Position numbers and translations under genes: made by a program
NCBI GenBank assembly: GCA_963758525.1
Contig: CAVWVQ010000003.1
Location: 544,001-608,000, forward strand
Direction of reading: 5' to 3'
Source: an uncultured Phycisphaerales bacterium
GTDB taxonomy: Bacteria; Planctomycetota; Phycisphaerae; Tepidisphaerales; Tepidisphaeraceae
DNA: 64,000 nt
The notes under the pieces: generated by a model
The model's database searches: none
What the model saw: only the letters and a program-made list of their open reading frames with translations
What the model was told of the DNA's origin: nothing
Part shown: positions 1 to 9,809 of the stretch, piece by piece
How the letters are laid out: every line of letters starts with the position of its first letter
Position numbering within the stretch: the first letter of the stretch is position 1

Positions 1-60
1 GTCGATGTCGCGCCAGCGACCCAGCCGGCCGCGACACAGCCGCAGGCGAAAGGGCAGTGA
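1..60 (+). CDS. 3' end of an upstream gene (partial), ATQP-rich C-terminus
   Basis: Frame 1 reads VDVAPATQPAATQPQAKGQ and stops at TGA 58-60. Confidence 0.6.
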   Translation, partial: VDVAPATQPAATQPQAKGQ

Positions 61-65
61 GGAGA

Positions 66-165
66 CTTGAGATCTCAAATTTGAAATTTTGAATCTCAGA
101 TTTGAAATCTCAAATCTGAGAGATGTCTGATATCCGAATTTGAGATCTCAGATTTGAGATTTCTG
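66..165. repeat. Degenerate heptamer microsatellite (TTTGAGA/TTTGAAA and complement)
   Basis: Runs such as ttgagatctcaaatttgaaatt...tttgagatctcagatttgagattt; same family at 15099-15270. Confidence 0.85.
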
Positions 166-185
166 AACGATTCTGGCGGAAGCAC

Positions 186-911
186 ATGGCAGGTCACAGT
201 CACTGGTCAAAAATCAAGCGTGCCAAGGGCGCCACCGACGCGAAGCGCGGCAAGGTCTGGAGCAAGCTGGCGCGCAAGATCATCATCGCCGCCAAGGGCG
301 GCGGCGACCCGCGCGACAACCTTTCTCTGCGCTACACGATCGACGAAGCCAAAGCCGCCAACATGCCCAAGGACACGATCGAGAAAGCAATCCTGAAAGG
401 GACGGGCGAACTGGGCGGCGAGAACTATGAGGCGGCGGTCTACGAGGGCTACGCGACCGGGGGTGTTGCGATCCTCATCGACGTGCTGACCAACAACCGC
501 GCCCGTACTGCTCCGGAGATGCGCGAGATTTTCGAGCGCAACGGCGGAAACTTCGGGGCCAGCGGCTCGGTGTCGTTCCAATTCACGCGCCAGGGAATCA
601 TCGCGATCAAAGCCGACGCCATCGAAGAGGACGCGCTGATTGAAGCCGCGCTCGATGCCGGAGCCGACGACGTGAAAAACCAGGGTGAAGTGTATGAGGT
701 GCTCACGACACCGACGGCATTTCACAAAGTGAAAGAAGCACTTGCCGCCGCCGCGATCCCGATCGAAGCGGCGGAGATCACGAACTTGCCGACAACCACG
801 GTTCCCATCGAAGGCGAAGCCGCCCAGAAGCTCCTGAAATTGATCGATGCGCTGGAAGACAACGATGACGTGCAGAACGTTTCACATAATGGGGAAATAG
901 CCGAGGGATAG
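186..911 (+). CDS. yebC: YebC/PmpR family protein
   Basis: MAGHSHWSKIKR start, YEGYATGG, LTNNRART and LEDNDDVQNV motifs; 241 aa. Confidence 0.97.
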   Translation: MAGHSHWSKIKRAKGATDAKRGKVWSKLARKIIIAAKGGGDPRDNLSLRYTIDEAKAANMPKDTIEKAILKGTGELGGENYEAAVYEGYATGGVAILIDVLTNNRARTAPEMREIFERNGGNFGASGSVSFQFTRQGIIAIKADAIEEDALIEAALDAGADDVKNQGEVYEVLTTPTAFHKVKEALAAAAIPIEAAEITNLPTTTVPIEGEAAQKLLKLIDALEDNDDVQNVSHNGEIAEG

Positions 912-920
912 GGCTGGAGG

Positions 921-1150
921 CAGAAGCCAGAAGCCAGGAGCCGGGAGCCAGAAGTCAGAAGTCAGAATTCGGATGGAGCACGGACTGTCATCGAATCTGC
1001 AGCGCTTTGTTCCCCTCTGGCTCTTTACTTCTTGCTCCTGGCTCCTGGCTTCTGACTCCTGGCTCCTGGCTCCTGGCTCCTGGCTCCTGGCTCCTGGCTT
1101 CTGGCTCCTGGCTTCTTCGCTTCTGGCTCCTGGCTTCTGACTCCTTGGCT
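921..1150. repeat. Inverted pair of heptamer arrays (AGGAGCC/AGAAGCC versus TGGCTCC/TGGCTTC)
   Basis: agaagccagaagccaggagcc at ~922-970 and (tggctcc)n at ~1030-1150, between convergent genes. Confidence 0.9.
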
Positions 1151-1157
1151 TCTCGCT

Positions 1158-1550
1158 TCACGATCCCGACGCATTCCGCACAAACAGCGCGAGCAGCTCG
1201 CCGCGACTGCAGACTTTGTAGTGGCGGTACAGGCGCTTGACGTACACATGAACCGTGTGCGGGCTCACACCAAGATGCCGCGCGATCTGCTTCTCGCTGT
1301 CTCCGACAAGGAGCCGGCCCAGCGTCTGACGCAAACGGGGGGAAAGCGATGCGCCAGGCCCCTGATAAGCCTTGCTGGAATAATGGCTCCCAAGCAGACG
1401 GCAGATCTCCGCCAGCAGGCGGCGGCGATGCTCGACCGAGTCGGTGAGCGGATCGGCAGAGTGTGTCATCAGACGCACGATGCCGACCATGTTTCCCAAA
1501 CGCCCTGATCGTGCGCGCGCCATAACGACACTCCCGCGAGCTTCTCCCAC
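1158..1550 (-). CDS. Small LuxR-type HTH regulator with no receiver domain (start uncertain)
   Basis: LSPRLRQTL..LLVGDSEKQIARHLGVSPHTVHVYVKRLYRHYKVCSRGEL. Confidence 0.85.
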   Translation of the reverse strand: MGEARGSVVMARARSGRLGNMVGIVRLMTHSADPLTDSVEHRRRLLAEICRLLGSHYSSKAYQGPGASLSPRLRQTLGRLLVGDSEKQIARHLGVSPHTVHVYVKRLYRHYKVCSRGELLALFVRNASGS

Positions 1551-1567
1551 GCGACAATCATTTCCCT

Positions 1568-3070
1568 TTAGAAACCGTTCTGGGCGATCTCCACCGCCTT
1601 GAGCATCGCCATCGCTTTGCTCATCGTCTCTTCAAATTCCGCCGCGGGGACGGAATCTGCGACAACGCCGGCTCCCGCCTGCACATCGAACACCCCGTTC
1701 TTCCATACGATCGTCCGCAGGGCGATGCAGATATCCATATTTCCCGCGAAGTCCACGTATCCGACCCCCCCGCCGTATGGCCCGCGCCGGGTGGGCTCCA
1801 ATTCGTCAATGATCTGCATGGCGCGAATTTTCGGCGCGCCGCTCACCGTGCCGACCGGCAGCGAAACTCGCAGCGCGTCAAACGCCGTCATTCCTTCGGC
1901 AAGCTCGCCCGACACGTTGGTCGTGATGTGCATCACATGGCTGTACCGCTCGACACTCATCACGTCATCGACCTTCACCGACCCGACGCGCGAGACGCGA
2001 CCCACATCGTTGCGATGCAGATCGACCAGCATGATGTGCTCGGCCCGCTCCTTCGGATCGGCCAGCAGCTCGGCTTCGAGCGCCTTGTCTTCTGCCGGCG
2101 TGGCCCCGCGGCGCCGGGTTCCCGCCAACGGGCGGCTGGTCACCTTTGCGTCTTCCACCCGGCAGAGAATCTCGGGGCTGGAGCCGATCAGCGTGCACTG
2201 CGGGCTCTTGAGATAAAACATGAACGGCGACGGATTGATGATCCGCAGCGCGCGGTAGACATCAAATGGATCGGCCGAGCTTGGCACGCGCAATCGCTGG
2301 CTCGGCACGAACTGGAAGATGTCGCCGGCGCGGATGTATTCCTGGCCCTTGCGGATGGCTGACTCAAAATCCTCTTTCGAAAAGTTGCTCTCGAATTGAA
2401 GCGTCACCGGGCCGCGCGGATCGATCTCCCCCACCGCCGACAACGGAGGCTGCTGCAGGCGCTGCACCACGGCATCGACACGCCGGCACGCATCGCGATA
2501 CGCCGCCTCCGGACCCGCTGGGCCCATTTGGGCGTTGGCGACCACCTTGATCGTCTTGTCCACATGATCGAAAATCACCATCTCGTTGTAGAGGCCAAAG
2601 AGCAGATCGGGCAGCCGGCGATCATCCCGCGGAGCGCCGGCGAGCTTTTCGCTCTCGTAATAGCGTGCCGTGTCATACCCGGCGTAACCCACCAGGCCTC
2701 CGGTGAACGCAGGAAGGTTCTTGTCCTGGTGATACTTCCTGCCGGGAAGGAGCCCCGCGAGATCCGCCAGCGGATCGGTGGTTTCAAACTCCCGCGCCGG
2801 CTGAAACGCGTCTCCGCTCCAGATCGCGGCCCTTTTTCCCGCCGCCTGGTAGACGAGAGACGGCGCGGTGGCGATAAAGCTGTAGCGGGCGATCTTTTCG
2901 CCCCCGACGACGCTCTCGAGGAGAAACGAATGCGGGTCCCGGCCCAGAACCTCAAAAGCGCTGACCGGTGTGAGCCGGTCGCCCAGAAGTTGCCGATAGA
3001 CCGGAATGATCTGCGCCCCGGCTTGTGCCGCGGATGCAAACGCCGCTGAATCAGGAAAGTACCGCCTCAT
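1568..3070 (-). CDS. trpE: Anthranilate synthase component I
   Basis: LLES, NPSPFM, SSPE, RPLAGT, KERAEHIMLVDL, GTVSGAPK motifs; 500 aa. Confidence 0.97.
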   Translation of the reverse strand: MRRYFPDSAAFASAAQAGAQIIPVYRQLLGDRLTPVSAFEVLGRDPHSFLLESVVGGEKIARYSFIATAPSLVYQAAGKRAAIWSGDAFQPAREFETTDPLADLAGLLPGRKYHQDKNLPAFTGGLVGYAGYDTARYYESEKLAGAPRDDRRLPDLLFGLYNEMVIFDHVDKTIKVVANAQMGPAGPEAAYRDACRRVDAVVQRLQQPPLSAVGEIDPRGPVTLQFESNFSKEDFESAIRKGQEYIRAGDIFQFVPSQRLRVPSSADPFDVYRALRIINPSPFMFYLKSPQCTLIGSSPEILCRVEDAKVTSRPLAGTRRRGATPAEDKALEAELLADPKERAEHIMLVDLHRNDVGRVSRVGSVKVDDVMSVERYSHVMHITTNVSGELAEGMTAFDALRVSLPVGTVSGAPKIRAMQIIDELEPTRRGPYGGGVGYVDFAGNMDICIALRTIVWKNGVFDVQAGAGVVADSVPAAEFEETMSKAMAMLKAVEIAQNGF

Positions 3071-3090
3071 TGGTGGCGGATTGTAGTCCG

Positions 3091-3453
3091 ATGCCGTTTG
3101 AAATCACCACCACGCGAACGTTCAGCGCCTCCCACCAGCTTCGGCTCTACGACGGGTCGCTCGAACCGCTGCACGGACACAACTGGCGGGTGTGCGTCCG
3201 GGTTTGTGCGGCAAAGCTGGATGCAATCGGCGTCGTCATGGACTTTCACGACCTGGAACGCCGCCTGAATTTGATCGTGGAACCCCTCCACAACCGCCAT
3301 TTGAACGATGTTTCACCCTTCGATCGGCAAAATCCGTCCGCCGAGCAGGTGGCTTTGCACATTGGGTCGAGCTTGACTCTGCCCGATGGTGTAAAGACGC
3401 TCAGCGTTGAGGTTTGGGAGACCGACGAGAACTCGGCGGTTTATCGGGCATAA
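3091..3453 (+). CDS. queD: 6-carboxy-5,6,7,8-tetrahydropterin synthase (PTPS/QueD family)
   Basis: FSASHQL, LHGHNW, VMDF, NPSAE, VWETD motifs; ATG at 3091. Confidence 0.9.
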   Translation: MPFEITTTRTFSASHQLRLYDGSLEPLHGHNWRVCVRVCAAKLDAIGVVMDFHDLERRLNLIVEPLHNRHLNDVSPFDRQNPSAEQVALHIGSSLTLPDGVKTLSVEVWETDENSAVYRA

Positions 3454-3530
3454 GATCAGCCATACGTTGACGCTGCGGACACGGAGAAATAACATTGTCG
3501 GCGATAGCGCGCCGGGTGAGGCTGGCTGAG

Positions 3531-4025
3531 ATGAAATGTGACAACTGCAATAAGAACGCCACCGTCCATCTGACCGAGGTGCAGGGCGGCAAGCGCGTGG
3601 AGAAACATCTCTGCGAGCAATGCGCCCAGCAGGCGGAGGGCATTCCGGTCAAGAGCAACATGCCGATCAACGAACTGCTGACCAACTTCGTGATGGCCCA
3701 CTCAGGACTGCAGAAGGAGACCGGCACCGGATGCGATCAGTGCGGCATCACCTGGGCGGAATTCCGTCAGAGCGGGTTGCTGGGGTGCCAGCACGATTAC
3801 ACCGTTTTTGAGAAGGACCTCACGCCGCTGCTGCAACGCGCGCATGAGAATGCGACGCATCATCTCGGCAAGGTTCCCGCACGGCACGGGGGAAGCGGAG
3901 TGCCGATGAAACGCCAGGTGGATCTCACGCGTCTTCGCAAGGAATTGGCAAAGGCCGTCGAGGGGGAGGATTACGAACGCGCCGCCAAGCTGCGCGACCA
4001 AATCCGTCAGGCGGAAGCATCATGA
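3531..4025 (+). CDS. mcsA: McsA, protein-arginine kinase activator
   Basis: CxxC pairs (CDNC, CEQC, CDQC), LGCQHDY, C-terminal UVR motif EDYERAAKLRDQI; directly upstream of mcsB. Confidence 0.93.
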   Translation: MKCDNCNKNATVHLTEVQGGKRVEKHLCEQCAQQAEGIPVKSNMPINELLTNFVMAHSGLQKETGTGCDQCGITWAEFRQSGLLGCQHDYTVFEKDLTPLLQRAHENATHHLGKVPARHGGSGVPMKRQVDLTRLRKELAKAVEGEDYERAAKLRDQIRQAEAS

Positions 4026-5079
4026 TGAAGATCAGCGATCTGACCAGCCGTGCGGGCGAGTGGTTACGCGGGAACGGGCCGATGAGCGAGATCGTCATCT
4101 CCTCCCGCATCCGGCTGGCACGCAACGTCTCGGGCTTCCCGTTTCTCACGCGATGCACGCGCCACCAGCGGCAGCAGCTCGAGACGCGCATCCGCGAAAC
4201 CGTCCTGGGCGCGAATATCGCGCCGCAGGTCCTGTATGTCGATCTGGAGGCAGCGCCGGAGGTCGATCGCAATCTGCTGGTGGAGCGCCACCTGATCAGC
4301 AAGCCCCACGCTGCCGCCGAGGGGGCACGCGGGGTGGCTGTCGCGGAGAACGAAACCATCTCCATCATGGTGAACGAAGAGGATCACCTTCGGATTCAGG
4401 TGCTGCGCAGCGGGCTGCAATTGGAAGAGGCATGGGAGCAGATCAACAAGGTGGACGATCAGCTCGAATCGCAGCTCGACTGGGCGTTCCATCCACGATT
4501 CGGCTACCTGACCGCCTGCCCCACCAACGTCGGCACCGGCATCCGCGTCAGCGTGATGCTGCACCTCCCGGCGCTGAAGCTGACCGGTGAGATTGAAAAG
4601 GTGTTCCGCGCCGCCAAGGAAATGCGCCTCGCCGTTCGCGGACTGTATGGCGAAGGAACCGAAGCCACCGGCGATTTCTATCAGATCAGCAATCAAACCA
4701 CGCTCGGCAAAAGCGAAGACGACATCATCAGCGACTTCAAGCATGTCGTGATCCCCAAGATCATCGAATACGAGCACGTCGCCCGCCGAACGCTTCTCAG
4801 CGACCGGACCGTCGCGCTGGACGATAAAGTCGCCCGGCGCTTGGCGTGCTTCGCTCCGCTCGGCTCATCGCCAGCGAAGAAACACTGCTGCTGCTGAGCC
4901 ATCTCCGCATGGGCGTTCACATGGGCCGCGTCAAAGACATCGACATGCGGACGATCAACGAATTATTCCTGCTCACCCAGCCCGCGCATCTGCAAAAGCT
5001 GCACGGCCGCAAGCTCGACGGCGACATGCGCCGGGCGATCCGCGCCGATTATATTCGCCAGCGGCTGGGGGGGAATTAG
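4022..5079 (+). CDS. mcsB: McsB protein-arginine kinase (single-base frameshift near 4837)
   Basis: SSRIRLARN, NEEDHLRI, YLTACPTNVGTG, QISNQTTLG; C-terminus continues in ORF 4846..5079 (LRSARLIASEE..TQPAHLQ). Confidence 0.93.
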
Positions 5080-5084
5080 TAGTT

Positions 5085-5160
5085 AGGGTTCAGGGTGTCA
5101 GGGTTCAGGGTGTCAGGGTTCAGGGTGTCAGGGTTCAGGGTGTCAGGGTTCAGGGTTCAG
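5085..5160. repeat. Mixed 7/8-mer tandem repeat (AGGGTTC / AGGGTGTC)
   Basis: agggttcagggtgtc repeated about 4-5 times; same family at 24295-24378, 46535-46572, 53772-53802. Confidence 0.9.
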
Positions 5161-5194
5161 GAGCAGATCGCGTTTCTCCAAAGTTCATCCATGT

Positions 5195-5807
5195 CTAACA
5201 AACGATAGAAGCGTCCGACGTGTCGTCCTCGAATTTCACGCCGGCGTAAATTTCCGCGAGGGGAATGCTCATCGGGACGCTCTGCAACTGCATCGCCGCG
5301 TCGATATTTTTCCACGGATTCAGCAGCCAGGCGCCGTGGGGTTGTCGTAGAAACGTTTCTACCAGCGGATATTGCTGCGACACCACCACATATTCCTGCA
5401 GCGAGGGGACCTGGCGGTACAAGTCGAATTTCTGTCCGCGATCATAACGTTCGGTTGAGTCGGACAGCACCTCGACGACAATGCGAGGGTTCGTGATCGT
5501 CGTCTGATTCGGATCGTCAACATCGAATTCCGGACCACCGCAGACGATGCTGATGTCCGGATAGACATAAGACGCGCGGCCAGAAATGCGGACGCGCATG
5601 TTGCTGTCGAGGGGGCTCGCACGGGTTGTTGCGCAGCCGCGTGCCGAAGGCGACGAGCAGATTCGTGTTGATCCTGCTGTGCCGATAGGTGCCCCCCGAC
5701 ATCGCAAGAATTTCCCCGTCGTGATACTCGTGGCGCTCCTCCGCCTGCTCCTCCATTGCGCAATACTCAGCGATGGTGTACCGACGTTTTTCCGCAGGCA
5801 TCGTCAT
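5195..5807 (-). CDS. Uma2 (DUF820) family endonuclease-like protein (frameshift in the G-run near 5612)
   Basis: RHEYHDGEILAMSGGT..H in ORF 5517..5807 joins YVYPDISIVC, VVEVLSDSTERYDRGQKF..Y in ORF 5195..5707. Confidence 0.9.
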
Positions 5808-5845
5808 TCACAAAGTTTGAATTGCTGCAAGCTGAAAGCTGAAAC

Positions 5846-8800
5846 CTATTTAGCACTATCCCCCCGCAGCACCTCATCCACTGTCGTCGTGAACGTCCCC
5901 ATCACGCTGGTCTCCACCTTTGGCTGCGTGATCGTCCCCTTTACGTTGATCTTCAGCAGTTCGTCCCGGGCGCCTTTGAGCAGATCGTTCAGGATCGGCA
6001 CCTTGATCCCGCCGGGGTTGTCCGTCACGAAGCTCATGCGCACCTGCTTGGTGCCAAAATCGAGATGGCCGGTTCCGGTCATCAGCATCGTGTCGGAGCG
6101 AAGCTCGATCTGATCGAAATTCACGCGCTGTCCGTCAAGGCTGTATCGCGCCGTGCCGCGGTGGAATGGCTGGGCGATGGGCAGGGCAAGATTGGTCACC
6201 TGCAGCAGGCCCAGGATCAGCGGAATGCGATACATCTCTTTGCCGGTGACCAGGACGTCGCCCCGGCCGCGCCGCGATGACAGGTCGCCCCAGGCTCCTT
6301 CCAGCGAGAGGCTCGCAGTGAGATCTCCCTGGATCGAGGGATCGGTTTCGCGTGCCAGCTCGCGCACGTCGGCGTTCCGCACCACCAGGTCCAGGGTATA
6401 GCGCGATGGGCCGTCGTTCGGAAAGGCGATGTCGACTTCGCCGGCCATCTCTCCGTTGGCAAGCTCCGCCTCCATCTTGGTGAGCCTCAGGCCGCTCCCG
6501 TCCTCGGAACGGATCAGCTCCGCGCCGAAATGATGCAGCGTTCGGCCGGCCATGGAAAAGCTGTCGGCATCGATGTTTCCGTGAATTCCGGTGAGAGCAC
6601 CGTCGCGAAATTGGGCATCGAGCCTGATCGTTCCATCGACGTCATCCAGGGGGACGCCGACATCCAGGCCGCCGCCGCGCAGCGACAACGCAAGAGAAAA
6701 ATCGAGCGCGGAGCCGGCGGAGGCGGCGGCGGGCAGCACCGGCGCAGCCGCCGAGGGCTGCGTCGCCGGAGGCTGCGGTGCGCGATACACAAGCTTGGCG
6801 AATCGGAAATTGCACGGGCCGTGCAGCTTGAGCCCGTCGATAATCGTCTGTACGGATTCCGGCATGGCATCGCGCAACGCCGGGCCGATCATGACGTCTT
6901 TTGCGGTCAACTGAAGATCGAAGCTCGGCTGCGCGACAAGCTCGCCGGTTCCTGCCAATGTGAACGCGGCATCACCATGCCGGGCGGTCAGACCGGAGAT
7001 GATCAGGTGATCGCCGTTGATCGATATTGCGCCTTTGACGGCATCGAACCGATACGGCAGCCCCACCGGTTTGATTGACAGGACGCGCGGCTGCAAGACC
7101 AGCCGAATATTCTCCGCCGAGGCCGGTTGCGTCGGCAAAGTTGCGTTGGCGGTTGCCGGCTGGGTGGTCGGAGCGATGCTGACATTTGCCGGCTGGGTTG
7201 CCGGAGCCGCGCTGACGCTCGTCGGCCGCGTTTCCGCAGCGACCGACGCGCTCGATGGCGGCGCCTGCGCCGCGTCGGGAGCCGGCGCGCCGGTATAGGT
7301 CAGGTCGACATCAACCGTTCCATGCGGCTGCAGAGCGTCCCAGCCGGCCTGCGCCCTTGCAGGGAGCAGACCGTGCAAATCCTGATCCAGTTCCAGACCC
7401 ATGACCTGCGCCTGAAGTGAGATTCGCGGTTCTCCCGCCGGCCAGCTCACGTCACCCGCCACACCGACGGTCGCACTGCCGCGATGTGCCGCCGCATAGT
7501 CAATCCTTAATTCATCCGGCGTCAGTTGCATCGCAGCCGAGACATTCGAGAGCGAAAATGTCGATCCCTGCGGCGTCATCTGGCCGTCGGCCAGCTTGAG
7601 TCTGAGATTGAAGCTGATCGGATTGTCCGTGAAGTCAGCAGCATCCGCCGGAGATGTCGTCGGCGTCGAACTCTTTTTCTTCACCACCGGCGGCGGTTGC
7701 GAGAGATCACCGTCGACATCGAGCATTCCTTTGACGCCCAGCTTCGTAATCCAGCCGCGCTTGTCGGCGGGGATCGCCGCGATGAGCTCCCCGTCGAGCG
7801 GAACGCGCCGCGCGATCAGATGCAGCAGCGTCCGAATCGGCCGCCCGCCGGGCATCGCACTGAGATCCACCGGCGCGTCCGGGTCGAAGCCTGCCCCCCA
7901 GGCAACGCGACCATCGATATCAACCGACGATTCGCCGCGCTGCGCCTGCATGTGTTGCACGTCGACGTATCCATCGCGGACTTTCAGATTGCCGCGCACG
8001 TGATGCAGCGCGTACGGAAAGCCCACAACCGCGCCGCTCGCATCGTCCAAGGCAACATCCGTATCAAACGTCCAATGGCCGCCCCGTCCGCCGGGGTTGT
8101 GGGCGCGGGTGACGAAATCGCCAAAGTAAGAGGGATATTGCGGGCCGTTTGCCCCCAGCAGACGCAGGGCTTGGCGCACCTCTGGCGGAAACGCCTGCTC
8201 TAGCGCCGGTTCAGAGCAGACGCCGCTCCCGGAGACACGCACATCCACCGCCGGGTCGGTGTCTGGTATCAGCGGGCCGATCGACCCTTCGATCGTCACG
8301 TATGAATCGCGATTGGGCCCCCCTTCAACACCCCGCCCGCGGACATCGATGATATGCACCGTTTCGTTCTCGTTGTTTCGGTCCGGCCCGAACACGATTT
8401 TTCCAGTCGCCTCGCGAAGCGGATACGGGAAATGATCGAACGAAAACTGGCCGTTGACGATCTCCACGCTCCCGCTGGCGATTGGGCGCCCTGCCTCCGA
8501 CGGACGCTCCAATTCCACGTCGATACGGGCCGTCCCCTGCGGGCGCAGGCTGTTGTAGAACTCTCGAACGCCACGGGGAAGCGACTGGACGTACCTCGGC
8601 GACGCGGGGATATAGATGTTCTCAGTCTCCAACGATGAAACGCGAATCTTAAACGGCGCGGTCGGACCATACCCCGCGTAGTGCCCGCTGACGCGCACGC
8701 CGTTATTCTCGACGCGCCCGCTCAGGTCGTTCACCTCGATTCCGCGCTCGGTGAAGATCAGCATCCCGGAGACCTGGCGGAGCGCGATTGTTTTCTTCTC

Positions 8801-9802
8801 CGCGACCTGCGAAAGATCGCGAAAACGAATCAGCGACTCGGCGCCCCATTCTTCGGGCCCGACCGCGAGTGTGACGCCGTTCAGATTGGTCTCCACACGA
8901 AACCGGGGGGGTGTTCCGTCGCGGGCCGGCACGTAGCGCACCACGGGAATATCCAGGCGCCCGGCCAATTCGTGACGCTGCCACCAATCTCGGACCGCGG
9001 CCGGCAGCATCTTCTGAAGGTCATGCCCAAAGTCCCAGTCCTGTCCAAACTGGAAGTTGCGCAGGTTTGCATCCATCCCGCCAGTCGCGGTGTCAACCGT
9101 TCCGGTCACGTACGGTCCCACTCCTTCGCTCCCGCGACTTTGCAGCTCAAAGGAAAAATGCTGTCCGTCGGCCGAGGGAAGCACCTGCCCGTCCAGCGCC
9201 ATCGACCCCTGCTCGACCAGCTTTCCGTTGACGACTTCGCTCATCTCCAATCGCGCGTTGCGCAGGAGTATCTCCGGCAGTTGCGCCGCCGGCATCCGCG
9301 AAGGGAGTACGGGCCGGGGTCGCTTGGCGCGAAGTTTGGTCAGGCGGTGATAATTCCAGAGGTTGTCAGAGGGGTTGACCGCGAGCAGGACGCGCGGCTT
9401 CTCCGCGATGATCTGCGTTGCCTCCAGTTGGCCGCCGAGCATCGAGCGCGGATCGTAGAGCACGATGATCGTCTGAGCGTTAAATATCACCGAGTCGGGC
9501 GCGTCCCCGTCCTCGTCAACATGAACTCTGACATTCTCCAGCCGCAGACCCTCGAAGATAGACAGCCGGGCAGCGCCGACTTCGACGCGGCCGCCGATGA
9601 GCCTGGTGAGATAGGACTGCGCCATTTCCCGCACGCGAGTGGAGTCGGTGAGGTAGTCGTAGCCGCCGATGATCAGGCACAGAACGGCCAGCAGCATCGC
9701 GATGGCCCAGCGGCGCATTCGCCCGCAATGGGGACGGAATGGGTGGCCGGCGCGCCACGGGCGGTCGAAGAGGAGTTCGGGGCTGACGGAATAGCGCGAC
9801 AT
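5846..9802 (-). CDS. Large AsmA-like (AsmA_2/YhdP-type) membrane-anchored protein
   Basis: Single N-terminal TM helix, long beta-rich repeats, C-terminal G.G.LDF....INVKGTITQPKV AsmA-like end; ~1300 aa; start at 9802 or 9841. Confidence 0.75.
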   Translation of the reverse strand: MSRYSVSPELLFDRPWRAGHPFRPHCGRMRRWAIAMLLAVLCLIIGGYDYLTDSTRVREMAQSYLTRLIGGRVEVGAARLSIFEGLRLENVRVHVDEDGDAPDSVIFNAQTIIVLYDPRSMLGGQLEATQIIAEKPRVLLAVNPSDNLWNYHRLTKLRAKRPRPVLPSRMPAAQLPEILLRNARLEMSEVVNGKLVEQGSMALDGQVLPSADGQHFSFELQSRGSEGVGPYVTGTVDTATGGMDANLRNFQFGQDWDFGHDLQKMLPAAVRDWWQRHELAGRLDIPVVRYVPARDGTPPRFRVETNLNGVTLAVGPEEWGAESLIRFRDLSQVAEKKTIALRQVSGMLIFTERGIEVNDLSGRVENNGVRVSGHYAGYGPTAPFKIRVSSLETENIYIPASPRYVQSLPRGVREFYNSLRPQGTARIDVELERPSEAGRPIASGSVEIVNGQFSFDHFPYPLREATGKIVFGPDRNNENETVHIIDVRGRGVEGGPNRDSYVTIEGSIGPLIPDTDPAVDVRVSGSGVCSEPALEQAFPPEVRQALRLLGANGPQYPSYFGDFVTRAHNPGGRGGHWTFDTDVALDDASGAVVGFPYALHHVRGNLKVRDGYVDVQHMQAQRGESSVDIDGRVAWGAGFDPDAPVDLSAMPGGRPIRTLLHLIARRVPLDGELIAAIPADKRGWITKLGVKGMLDVDGDLSQPPPVVKKKSSTPTTSPADAADFTDNPISFNLRLKLADGQMTPQGSTFSLSNVSAAMQLTPDELRIDYAAAHRGSATVGVAGDVSWPAGEPRISLQAQVMGLELDQDLHGLLPARAQAGWDALQPHGTVDVDLTYTGAPAPDAAQAPPSSASVAAETRPTSVSAAPATQPANVSIAPTTQPATANATLPTQPASAENIRLVLQPRVLSIKPVGLPYRFDAVKGAISINGDHLIISGLTARHGDAAFTLAGTGELVAQPSFDLQLTAKDVMIGPALRDAMPESVQTIIDGLKLHGPCNFRFAKLVYRAPQPPATQPSAAAPVLPAAASAGSALDFSLALSLRGGGLDVGVPLDDVDGTIRLDAQFRDGALTGIHGNIDADSFSMAGRTLHHFGAELIRSEDGSGLRLTKMEAELANGEMAGEVDIAFPNDGPSRYTLDLVVRNADVRELARETDPSIQGDLTASLSLEGAWGDLSSRRGRGDVLVTGKEMYRIPLILGLLQVTNLALPIAQPFHRGTARYSLDGQRVNFDQIELRSDTMLMTGTGHLDFGTKQVRMSFVTDNPGGIKVPILNDLLKGARDELLKINVKGTITQPKVETSVMGTFTTTVDEVLRGDSAK

Positions 9803-9809
9803 GGCGAAG

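Noticed and set aside
988..1249. ORFs with SQEPGAR or LLAPGSW repeats
   Set aside because: Translations of the heptamer microsatellite
3071..3090. preQ1 riboswitch or trp attenuator
   Set aside because: Only 20 bp between the divergent starts and no matching motif
4830..4846. Programmed frameshifting in mcsB and other split genes
   Set aside because: No slippery heptamer with stimulatory structure; error-like indels are widespread
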